From Acidobacteriaceae bacterium (GTDB taxonomy: Bacteria; Acidobacteriota; Terriglobia; Terriglobales; Acidobacteriaceae), in NCBI GenBank assembly GCA_027449965.1, contig DAIDKP010000009.1, positions 2,753 to 66,752 on the forward strand: 64,000 nucleotides of DNA, written 5' to 3'. The notes beneath the pieces were generated by a model. The model was not told where the DNA came from. It searched no databases and saw only the letters and a program-made list of their open reading frames with translations. The position numbers were made by a program, and so were the translations under genes. Positions 55,531 through 63,853 of the stretch are shown in pieces. Every line of letters begins with the position of its first letter. The first letter of the stretch is position 1.

Positions 55531-55615
55531 GGGGCTATGCGCAGTGTAACGGCTGAACCACAACACCAGCCGCGGGGTGAGGCGAGAGGCTTTGTTGCCG
55601 GGTTAGAGTAAAAAC

Positions 55616-56542
55616 ATGCACAGCCATGCGAACGAGTCCTCGCCGACGGAGATGAATGCAGTGACGGAGCACTTTGCCGAGTCCGTGCGGATCATGGCTC
55701 GATTGCGCGCACCGGATGGGTGCCCGTGGGATCGGAAACAGGATTTTGATTCGATTCGGAAATACACGCTGGAAGAAACCTGGGAAGTGCTGGATGCGAT
55801 TGAGCGGCGCGACTGGGACAATCTGCGCGAAGAGTTGGGCGACCTCACACTGCAAGTGCTTTTCTATGCGCAGATGGCGAGCGAGTCGGAGGAAGCGGGA
55901 TTTTCCATCGCCGATGTGCTGGCGGAGTTGAATCGCAAGCTGGTGCGACGACACCCGCACGTCTTCGGTGAGGCGGCTTCGCGTGCGGCTGGAAATCGTG
56001 TGGAAGTGGATGCTGCCGTGGATGGCTCGTCCGAACGCGTGCTGGCCAACTGGGAGGCAATTAAACAAGCGGAGAAGCAAGCGGCAAAATCTGCGGTCAG
56101 CCAGGATCTGCGCAGCAGCCTGCTGGACGGCGTGGTGCGAGGCCAGCCCGCTTTGGCTGAAGCGGCACAGATTGGATCGAAGTCGGCCAGAGTTGGATTT
56201 GACTGGCCTGCTTGGTCTGATCTGCTGAAAAAGCTGGCCGAGGAGACGGACGAACTGGTGGCCGAGGTCGATACGCCGGAACATACTCCGCAACGGCAGC
56301 AGCGTGTCGAAGCTGAACTGGGCGATCTGTTATTCACCGCAGCGCAACTGGCGCGGCATCTCGGCGTCGATGCGGAGATGGCATTGCGAGGAGCGAATCT
56401 GCGTTTTCGGCGGCGATTTGCCTGGATGGAGTGGGCGGCAGAACGAGGATTGGCAGACCTGGAGCCGGAGGCTCTGGAAGAACTGTGGCGACGCGCCAAG
56501 CTTGAGCTGGCAACGACAGAATCGGGAGACGGGAAGCGATGA
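55616..56542 (+). CDS. mazG: Nucleoside triphosphate pyrophosphohydrolase
   Basis: LRAPDGCPWDRKQ, EELGDL, KLVRRHPHVF, GFDW, ELGDLLF, F.RRF; TAGAGT-N6-ATG. Confidence 0.93.
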   Translation: MHSHANESSPTEMNAVTEHFAESVRIMARLRAPDGCPWDRKQDFDSIRKYTLEETWEVLDAIERRDWDNLREELGDLTLQVLFYAQMASESEEAGFSIADVLAELNRKLVRRHPHVFGEAASRAAGNRVEVDAAVDGSSERVLANWEAIKQAEKQAAKSAVSQDLRSSLLDGVVRGQPALAEAAQIGSKSARVGFDWPAWSDLLKKLAEETDELVAEVDTPEHTPQRQQRVEAELGDLLFTAAQLARHLGVDAEMALRGANLRFRRRFAWMEWAAERGLADLEPEALEELWRRAKLELATTESGDGKR

Positions 56543-57369
56543 TCGGGATGCGTGCCTGCTGCGGGCTGGAAGAGCTGGAAGCCTGCGTGCAACTGCAGAT
56601 TGATGTTTGGGGCTACGCCGATGGCGATGTGATTCCACGCCGCGTGTTTCTGGTAGCGCAAAAGATTGGCGGTCAGGTGATTGGCGCTTTTGACGCCGCC
56701 CAGCCGGATTCGCCGGAGGGGTGTGAGGCATCCGCCGACATGGTGGGATTTGCCCTCTCGTTGCCGGGCGTCAAACCCGCAGGGCCAGACGGCAAGGCGA
56801 CCAGCTATCTGCATTCCCACATGCTCGCCGTGCGTGAAGGGTACCGCAATGCAGGCATCGGCAGACGGCTGAAGCTGGCCCAGCGCGAAGATGCGCTGCG
56901 GCGCGGCATCACGCATATGGAGTGGACCTTTGATCCGCTGGAGATCAAAAATGCGTATCTGAACATTCATCGGCTGGGCGCGATTGTGCGGCGCTATGAG
57001 CCGAATTTCTATGGCAACTCCAGTTCCCGTTTGCAGGGCGGTCTGCCCACGGACCGGCTGGTGGCCGAGTGGTCCATGGCTTCGTCGCGCGTCGAGGAAC
57101 GGCTTTCCGCCGATGCCGGTAACCGGCTGCCAAGTGCCGCATTGTCGTCGGCGGATTCGGTGATGGTGCCGGCGGCCATCTACGCATGGAAGGCTGATGC
57201 GACGACGCGAAGCAAAGCGGAAGCGGTGCAGGCCAGCAATCGAGAGCGACTTCAGGATGCATTTGAGCGCGGGCTGGCGATTGTGGATTATCGCTTGGAC
57301 GAGGACGGAAATGGACACTTTGTGCTGGGGCGCTGGGCAGGAGCAAATGAGGCGCTTGTGGCAGGATAG
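56539..57369 (+). CDS. GNAT-family acyltransferase of the type paired with NSAR/OSBS
   Basis: YLHSHMLAV..GYRNAGIG..LK..QR, WTFDPL..KNAYLN...LGA, N.YG, PTDRL..EW; ATGA overlap with mazG. Confidence 0.8.
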   Translation: MIGMRACCGLEELEACVQLQIDVWGYADGDVIPRRVFLVAQKIGGQVIGAFDAAQPDSPEGCEASADMVGFALSLPGVKPAGPDGKATSYLHSHMLAVREGYRNAGIGRRLKLAQREDALRRGITHMEWTFDPLEIKNAYLNIHRLGAIVRRYEPNFYGNSSSRLQGGLPTDRLVAEWSMASSRVEERLSADAGNRLPSAALSSADSVMVPAAIYAWKADATTRSKAEAVQASNRERLQDAFERGLAIVDYRLDEDGNGHFVLGRWAGANEALVAG

Positions 57370-57458
57370 AAGTGGACTCAATCGAGAATGCACTCTGGCG
57401 CTCTGTATGGGTTTGACAGGAATCACAGACCAAATCATGCCGACAAGGATGGAATGCC

Positions 57459-58586
57459 ATGAAGATTGACGCGATTTATCTGCGCGAGCTGAACCTGCCT
57501 CTGGTCAAGCCGTTTCAAACAAGCTTTGGCGTCACGCGTGATCGGCGTGTGGTGCTGGCCGAGGTGCATTCTGAAGGTCTGGTTGGATGGGGCGAGTGTA
57601 CGGCGGGCGAGCATCCGCACTTCTCCGAAGAGTCCGTCGATTCCTGCTGGCAGGTCATCGTCGATGAGCTTGGACCGATGCTGGCCGCTGCCGAACCGGA
57701 GCACGGTGGGCAGATTCCCCGCCTCTTCGGCCTGGTGCGCGGAAACCGCATGGCCAAGGCGACGCTCGAGAATGCGATATGGGATATCGAGGCACAGCGG
57801 AAAGGAATCTCGTTGAGCCGGTTGCTGGGCGGCACGCGCGAGGTGATTCCGTGTGGCGTTTCGATTGGCATTCAACCCGGCATCGACGAACTCTTGGAGA
57901 CGATTGAACGCGAGGTTGCCGCTGGCTACCAGCGCATCAAGCTGAAGTGTAAACCTGGCTGGGATATGAACGTCTTTGATCGCGTCCGGAATCGCTTTCC
58001 GGCGATCACTTTGAGCTGCGATGCCAACTCGGCCTATCGGATGAAGGACTTTGACCACCTCGTGCAGTTTGAGGCCTTTGACCTGCTCATGATCGAGCAG
58101 CCACTCTGGCACGATGATTTCTACTTCCACTCCCTGCTCCAGAAGCGGCTTTCCACCGCCATCTGTCTGGATGAGTCGATCCGCAACCGACGTGACGCGC
58201 TGGCAGCCATTGAGATGGAGTCCTGCAGGATCATCAACATCAAGCTGGGGCGCGTGGGTGGATTCTCCGAGGCAATCGCCGTGCACAACGCGGCGTATGA
58301 GCGCGGCATTCCAGTCTGGTGCGGCGGGATGCTGGAGTCGGGCATTGGCCGTTCCCACAACATCGCGCTCTCCAGCCTGGCCAATTTTTCGTTGCCCGGC
58401 GATGTCTCCGCATCCAGGCGATATTGGACCGAGGACATCATCGATCCGGAGGTTACTGTCTCCGAGCAGGGCGAGATCGTCATTCCCGACACGCCCGGTC
58501 GAGGATTTTCCGTGCGCACCGATCGCGTGGAGCAACTGACCGTGCGCAAAGAGCGGATTCATGCCCGTGTCGCTGTTGCCGTGTAA
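57459..58586 (+). CDS. menC: o-succinylbenzoate synthase / N-succinylamino acid racemase (enolase superfamily, NSAR/OSBS subfamily)
   Basis: PFQTSFG, RIKLKC (KxK), CDANSAY, IEQP, LDES, INIKLGRVGG, WCGGMLESG, PGDVSAS.RYW..D. Confidence 0.88.
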   Translation: MKIDAIYLRELNLPLVKPFQTSFGVTRDRRVVLAEVHSEGLVGWGECTAGEHPHFSEESVDSCWQVIVDELGPMLAAAEPEHGGQIPRLFGLVRGNRMAKATLENAIWDIEAQRKGISLSRLLGGTREVIPCGVSIGIQPGIDELLETIEREVAAGYQRIKLKCKPGWDMNVFDRVRNRFPAITLSCDANSAYRMKDFDHLVQFEAFDLLMIEQPLWHDDFYFHSLLQKRLSTAICLDESIRNRRDALAAIEMESCRIINIKLGRVGGFSEAIAVHNAAYERGIPVWCGGMLESGIGRSHNIALSSLANFSLPGDVSASRRYWTEDIIDPEVTVSEQGEIVIPDTPGRGFSVRTDRVEQLTVRKERIHARVAVAV

Positions 58587-58606
58587 CGTCGCTGTTGCCG
58601 TGTAAC
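58569..58606. repeat. 19-bp exact tandem duplication spanning the menC stop codon
   Basis: GTCGCTGTTGCCGTGTAAC x2. Confidence 0.9.
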
Positions 58607-58617
58607 GAGGATGCGCT

Positions 58618-59103
58618 CTAGCGGCGCGTGAGCGCGCCAATCCACTCCGCTGCTTCGGGCCACTGCTTCACCAGTTCGTCGCGCAGGCCGCTTTGATAGT
58701 CGGCAAAATCGAAGCCGGGACAGACCGTGCAGCCCAGCAGTGCCACGTGGCCGGAACCCAGCAGACGAGCACCCTGCCAGACGCCCGCGGGAACCAGTGC
58801 CTGAACCGATTGTCCCTCCTCGATGCGCGGGCCAAGTACGATGCGCCGATGCGAGCCATCCGGCCAAAGCTGAAGCATCTCGACCGGGTCGCCCAGATAG
58901 AAATGAAAGATCTCGTCTGAGGCCAGCCGATGCATCTCCGAGAATGTTCCCGGTTCGAGCAGATAGTAAATCGCCGAGCCTGCCGAGCGGTTGCCGCGCG
59001 GAGTTGGCAACGATTGCACCGAGGCGTAGGTGCGGCGAAAACTGCCTCCTTCGACAGGATGAGCCTCAAGCGCAAGCAGCTTTTTGATCTGGTCGGAGTT
59101 CAT
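58618..59103 (-). CDS. Cupin (DUF985 / cupin_5 family)
   Basis: LEAHPVEGGSFRRTY, SAIYYLL, HRLASDEIFHFY.G, VP.GVWQ, GCTVCPGFDF.D. Confidence 0.88.
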   Translation of the reverse strand: MNSDQIKKLLALEAHPVEGGSFRRTYASVQSLPTPRGNRSAGSAIYYLLEPGTFSEMHRLASDEIFHFYLGDPVEMLQLWPDGSHRRIVLGPRIEEGQSVQALVPAGVWQGARLLGSGHVALLGCTVCPGFDFADYQSGLRDELVKQWPEAAEWIGALTRR

Positions 59104-59160
59104 GCTTGTCGGTCGCGCCAATGGTCCCGGCAATCTGCCCGGCGGCGATACAATCAGTGT

Positions 59161-59415
59161 ATGCATATTGTGCTCTATTCCGCATCGTGGTGTCGGGATT
59201 GTCGCGCCGCGAAACGTTTCCTGAACGAACATGGAATCGCCTTCGATGAGATCGATATTGAAGAGACCCCGGGTGCTGCCGAAGAGGTGATTCGCCACGT
59301 GGGCAAGCGCGCCATTCCGCAGTTGGTCCTGGATGGTGAATGGTTCCAGCCCTATCGCCCCGGTGAAGGGTTGCTCTATGCGGAGTTGAATCACCGGCTT
59401 GGGATTGCGGTCTAG
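59161..59415 (+). CDS. Glutaredoxin-like (NrdH-type) redoxin
   Basis: YSASWCRDC, IPQLVLDG; TACAAT-N6-ATG. Confidence 0.85.
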   Translation: MHIVLYSASWCRDCRAAKRFLNEHGIAFDEIDIEETPGAAEEVIRHVGKRAIPQLVLDGEWFQPYRPGEGLLYAELNHRLGIAV

Positions 59416-59471
59416 CTTGTCTGGTTGTTTGAGACTGGGCGACAGGTTGTCAGGATGGAAAGGGAACGACG

Positions 59472-60812
59472 TTGATCGAGCGCTACACACTGCCCGCAAT
59501 GGGCGCGATCTGGACGGAAGAATCGAAGTATCGCTGCTGGCTTCAGGTGGAGTCGGCGGCAAGTCTGGTGCTGGCTGAAGACGGTGTGATTCCAATGTCG
59601 GCAGCGCAGGCCATTGCGGAAAATGCCAGCTTTGAAGTAGCGCGCATCCAGGCTATTGAAGCGGAAGTTCGACATGACGTGATCGCATTCACGACGGCGG
59701 TGGCCGAGTCACTGAAAGCGCAGGGTCAGGCCGATGCTTCGCGATGGCTGCACTACGGCCTGACCTCGAACGATGTGGTAGACACCGCACAGGCCTTGCA
59801 GGTCAAGGCTGCTTCGGAGTTGATCCATGCTTCCGTCGAGAAATTTCTGGTGGTGCTGCGTCGACGCGCGCTGGAGTTCCAGCACACGCCAACGATCGGG
59901 CGCACGCATGGCATTCATGCCGAGCCGACAACGTTCGGCCTGAAGCTCCTGAACTGGTATGCCGAGATGCAGCGAAATCGGATGCGCTTTCAAGCGGCGT
60001 CCGAGGATATGCGCGTGGGCAAACTCTCTGGCGCGGTGGGCACCTTTGGCCATCTGAAGCCGGAGCACGAGGAGCGCATCTGTGCGCGACTTGGACTGAA
60101 GCCTGCTCCAGTGGCTACGCAGGTCATCCAGCGCGATCGCCATGCAGCTTACATCGGAACGCTGGCGGTGATGGCTTCGACGCTGGACAAGATTGCGGTT
60201 GAGATTCGGCACCTGCAACGCACCGAGGTCAGGGAAGCGCAGGAGTACTTCAGCGAAAAGCAGAAAGGCTCCTCGGCCATGCCGCATAAGAAGAATCCGA
60301 TTGTCAGCGAACAGATCAGCGGACTGGCGCGTGTGCTGCGTGGCAATGCGCAGGCTGCGCTTGAGAACGTGGCGCTGTGGCACGAACGCGATATCTCTCA
60401 CTCGTCCGTGGAGCGGGTCATCTTTCCGGATTCGACGATTCTGATGCACTATCTGCTGGCGAAGACGACAGACCTGATTGACCGCTTGCTGGTTTATCCG
60501 GCGCGGATGCTGCGTAATCTGGAAAGCACGGGTGGACTCATCTTCAGCGGACAGCTTTTGCTTGATCTGGCCGAAGCGGGCATGATGCGCGAGGATGCCT
60601 ATCGGCTGGTGCAGGGCCACGCCATGCGCGCCTGGAAAGACGATCTGGTCTTTCGCGAAGAGGTAGCGCGTGATGCGGAGATCTCTGCGCGGCTCTCCGC
60701 CGAACAACTGGAGCGAACGTTTGATATGCGTCGCCAACTGAAGCATGTCGATGCAATCTTTGCGCGGGTGCTTGGCAACAACTTCCAGAAGGAAGCGATT
60801 GGACCGGCATGA
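59472..60812 (+). CDS. purB: Adenylosuccinate lyase
   Basis: RHDVIAF, GLTSNDV, GRTHGIHAEPTTFG, GSSAMPHKKNP, WHERDISHSS.ER. Confidence 0.96.
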   Translation: MIERYTLPAMGAIWTEESKYRCWLQVESAASLVLAEDGVIPMSAAQAIAENASFEVARIQAIEAEVRHDVIAFTTAVAESLKAQGQADASRWLHYGLTSNDVVDTAQALQVKAASELIHASVEKFLVVLRRRALEFQHTPTIGRTHGIHAEPTTFGLKLLNWYAEMQRNRMRFQAASEDMRVGKLSGAVGTFGHLKPEHEERICARLGLKPAPVATQVIQRDRHAAYIGTLAVMASTLDKIAVEIRHLQRTEVREAQEYFSEKQKGSSAMPHKKNPIVSEQISGLARVLRGNAQAALENVALWHERDISHSSVERVIFPDSTILMHYLLAKTTDLIDRLLVYPARMLRNLESTGGLIFSGQLLLDLAEAGMMREDAYRLVQGHAMRAWKDDLVFREEVARDAEISARLSAEQLERTFDMRRQLKHVDAIFARVLGNNFQKEAIGPA

Positions 60813-61420
60813 GCGACTTGGATCGCAAATGGAACCTGACGGTCGCAGTGACCGGCGCAAGCGGAGCCGTCTTTGGTCAGCGAATGCTACGAACGCTTGA
60901 AGCCGATGAGCGCGTGGGAAAAGTGCATTTTCTGCCGTCGGAAAATTCGCTGCGCGTGATGGCTGAAGAGCTGGATGTGGCCGGTCGCAACAACCTTCTC
61001 GAAAAGCTTCTGGGTTGCGCGCCAATCAAGACGACACAACTGGCTGAGAGCGATATCGGCGCTTCGATTGCCAGCGGAAGCTATCCCTCAAGCGGCATGA
61101 TTGTGCTGCCGTGCAGCATGGGTACGCTGGCTGCGATTGCCAACGGGCTGGCCAGCACGCTGATCGCGCGCGCAGCTGATGTAACCCTCAAAGAGCGGCG
61201 ACCGCTGATCCTGTGTGTGCGCGAGACGCCGCTGAATCGAATTCATCTGCGCAATATGCAGCTTGCCGCTGACGCCGGAGCGGTCATCTTTCCGGTGATT
61301 CCCGCTTTTTATCATCGACCGATAGACTCAGCCGAGATGGTCCGGCAATTTGTTTGCCGCGTGCTGGCGCATATCGGGCTGCCGCAGCAGGACGCTTACG
61401 TTTGGCGTGAAGACGAGTAG
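60809..61420 (+). CDS. ubiX: Flavin prenyltransferase
   Basis: VTGASG, IASGS, PCSMGTLA.IA.G, RAADVTLKE.RPL, RETP, PAFY. Confidence 0.92.
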   Translation: MSDLDRKWNLTVAVTGASGAVFGQRMLRTLEADERVGKVHFLPSENSLRVMAEELDVAGRNNLLEKLLGCAPIKTTQLAESDIGASIASGSYPSSGMIVLPCSMGTLAAIANGLASTLIARAADVTLKERRPLILCVRETPLNRIHLRNMQLAADAGAVIFPVIPAFYHRPIDSAEMVRQFVCRVLAHIGLPQQDAYVWREDE

Positions 61421-61968
61421 CCCGCGCGACCGCTTGCATCTGCAAGCTGACGCCACATTCGCCATGCTTTCTGCAGCACAGGACGCGTAAACGATTCGAT
61501 GAGCGTGCTGTGCGCGGATTGCCACTCACGTGCCGGTACCCAGCGCACGTCGGAGGCGTAGCTGGCAGCCCTGACCGCATGGATCGCATGACCCGCGTCG
61601 CCTGCGTTGCCGATGGGGCGACAAAGATAATCGACCAGTACATAGTGATAGCGAACCTGCGCATCGGGTGACTCATCGCGAAGAATGCGCTCGACCACCT
61701 CCACCATGGCCACCGGCTCAACGCGCAGCCCTGTTTCTTCTTCCACTTCGCGCGCAACTGCGGCGTGGAGCGTTTCACCCACTTCCATCAGTCCGCCGGG
61801 AATCGACCACTTGCCGCGTGCGGGCTCATGGCCGCGCTGAATCATCAGCAATGCGCCATCCGCGTCAAAGACAAAAGCACCCACGCCCACCAGCGGACGT
61901 GCGGGATATTCGCGGGAGTCTTCCGTCGCGGCTTGTGGCGCAGAGTCGCCGGTCACAGGCTTGCTCAT
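61396..61968 (-). CDS. NUDIX hydrolase
   Basis: RPLVGVGA, GKWSIPGG, Nudix box GLMEVGETLHAAVAREVEEETGL. Confidence 0.88.
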   Translation of the reverse strand: MSKPVTGDSAPQAATEDSREYPARPLVGVGAFVFDADGALLMIQRGHEPARGKWSIPGGLMEVGETLHAAVAREVEEETGLRVEPVAMVEVVERILRDESPDAQVRYHYVLVDYLCRPIGNAGDAGHAIHAVRAASYASDVRWVPAREWQSAHSTLIESFTRPVLQKAWRMWRQLADASGRAGYSSSRQT

Positions 61969-62963
61969 TGCGGAATTTGAGCCATCGGAAGCTCGATGGC
62001 AAAGGTCTGATTGCCGTTCTTCTCCGCGTAGGCCCACAATCCGTGAAAGTTTTTCCGCAGGCCGGGATGAATGCGAAGCAACGCGCTCATCACGCCGACG
62101 GCCTCGGCGCGGGCGGCAACAGGGTCCGTGGTGCCGCTGCCTTCATAGGTCAAAGCAATATCAGCGCTGTGCAGCGACGTATCCAGTCGTGCGCCCGTCA
62201 ACTTCCACGTGGGAGACTTCGCGATTGCCGAAGCAGCGAGCCCCAGCGGCAGGGACTCCGACGGTGGACTGATCTGCTGCTGCTCGGCTTCCAGTTTCTG
62301 CAGATTCGGCGAGGAAAGAAAGTCGATCGGCAACAGCAGCCATCGCGCTGCCTCATAGCTGAACCACGCGCTCCAGTTGTCCGTGGTGGCGGCGTCGGTG
62401 CGCGCCTGCTTCCAATAGTCCACGCCATCGCGACCGTCCAAAGCGCCTTCACGCGCAAACAGTCCGCCCAGCTTCCAACCCTGATTGTCGGCCAGGATCA
62501 TGGCGATCTGACCAGCCAGCGGAGCCTTGAGATAGTCACCCAGAACCAGCGCATAGCGGCCCGGAGGCAGGTTATGCAGGTTCACGGTCACCGTGAGCGT
62601 GTTCTCCGCATTGGCGCAGAAAAACTCCGTATCCTGCGGCGCCTTCTGGTCTGAAGCGTCCAGCAGATACATCGTGCGCCAGCGCAGAGTTCCACCTTTG
62701 AAAAGCGGTGGAGCGCTTGCAACCACGTTGCGGATCGAGTCCCACTGATCAGTAATCGCAGGCAGCAGCGCCGCGTGCACCGCATCGGAGTTTCCGGTGG
62801 CCACGGCCTCTGCCAGCGGATCGGCCACCGCCGTCAAGGAAGACTTGTCTGCCGGATTCATCGATCCCTGAGGTGTGCACGTGGAGGCAAGCGCCGATGA
62901 GCCGCCGCTGAGGATTCCAACAGCGGCAAGCAAACAGGCGAGGCTGGCGATGCGAATCTTCAC
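61965..62963 (-). CDS. Exported hypothetical protein
   Basis: GTG start with AAGGAG SD, signal peptide, about 330 aa, 4-bp overlap with the NUDIX start; no motif recognised. Confidence 0.65.
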   Translation of the reverse strand: MKIRIASLACLLAAVGILSGGSSALASTCTPQGSMNPADKSSLTAVADPLAEAVATGNSDAVHAALLPAITDQWDSIRNVVASAPPLFKGGTLRWRTMYLLDASDQKAPQDTEFFCANAENTLTVTVNLHNLPPGRYALVLGDYLKAPLAGQIAMILADNQGWKLGGLFAREGALDGRDGVDYWKQARTDAATTDNWSAWFSYEAARWLLLPIDFLSSPNLQKLEAEQQQISPPSESLPLGLAASAIAKSPTWKLTGARLDTSLHSADIALTYEGSGTTDPVAARAEAVGVMSALLRIHPGLRKNFHGLWAYAEKNGNQTFAIELPMAQIPQ

Positions 62964-63076
62964 AGGCGAAACTCCTTGAGCGAAACGGCAGGCAAACGCA
63001 TGGCCTGAGTCCGAGCGAATGCGTAACATTGTTAGTCTAGTACAGTAAGGGTGCACTCGTGCGAGGCTGGAGACGG

Positions 63077-63853
63077 ATGGGAACGATGGTTGAAGGTGCA
63101 AAAAGTCTGGCGCTCGGATGTGCCTGGTGGCTTTGTGCTGCCGCCATCGGACCTTTGCTATTCACCGGCAACATCACCGTTGCCGCTGCACAAAGCGCTC
63201 CCGCTGCTTCGTCGTCGGCGCAGATGAGCGCAAAGACGAAAAACGCTCCAACGCCGAAACGCTCCGCGAAGCACGCCCGAAGAAAACATGCAGCCAGAAG
63301 ACAGGAGCGGCCTGTCGCTGCCGTCACCAGCATTCCGCAGCCACCACCCGATTGGCCCGCGCTCAGCGCGCCGGCGCCTGCCATCGTGCATTGGGACGGA
63401 AAGCAGTTGCGTGTTGCCGCAAGAAACTCCAGCCTGATGCAGACCATTCAGGCCGTCAGTGCCGTAACGCGCATTCCCGTCACGGGTCTCAAAAGCGACC
63501 AGCGCCTTTTCGGCGACTATGGCCCGGGGACGCCGAGAGAGGTTTTGTCCGATCTTCTTGAAGGTTCCGGTTACGACCTTCTGATGGTCGGCGGAAGCGA
63601 CCCGGGAGTTCCCAAAGGCGTGGAACTGAGTCGGCGCTCCGGTACGTCGGAGCCGCCCGAGCGCGCCGCATACACTCCAGCCCCAAACAGCTCCTACGTG
63701 AACCCCGCGCTCGCTCAGCAGCAGCTTGCGCCCGCTCCGCAATCCCCGACACAGCCCTTCAATCGTCCTCCGGGAATGACGCCGCAGGAGTTTATCCAGC
63801 AGCGAATGCAAATGATGCAGCAGCAGAACGCCCAGCAACAGCGTCCGCAGTAG
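63077..63853 (+). CDS. Exported protein with secretin-N0/STN-like segment and Pro/Gln-rich tail
   Basis: TM/signal, Lys/Arg-rich linker, V.ARNSSL.Q.I.AV....I.V.G...D.RLFG.YGPG.P.EVL..LL.G.GYD; TPQEFIQQRMQMMQQQ tail. Confidence 0.55.
   Translation: MGTMVEGAKSLALGCAWWLCAAAIGPLLFTGNITVAAAQSAPAASSSAQMSAKTKNAPTPKRSAKHARRKHAARRQERPVAAVTSIPQPPPDWPALSAPAPAIVHWDGKQLRVAARNSSLMQTIQAVSAVTRIPVTGLKSDQRLFGDYGPGTPREVLSDLLEGSGYDLLMVGGSDPGVPKGVELSRRSGTSEPPERAAYTPAPNSSYVNPALAQQQLAPAPQSPTQPFNRPPGMTPQEFIQQRMQMMQQQNAQQQRPQ

Noticed and set aside
12090-58606. CRISPR array
   Set aside because: Repeats are directly adjacent 2-3 copy tandems with no spacers, and there are no cas genes.
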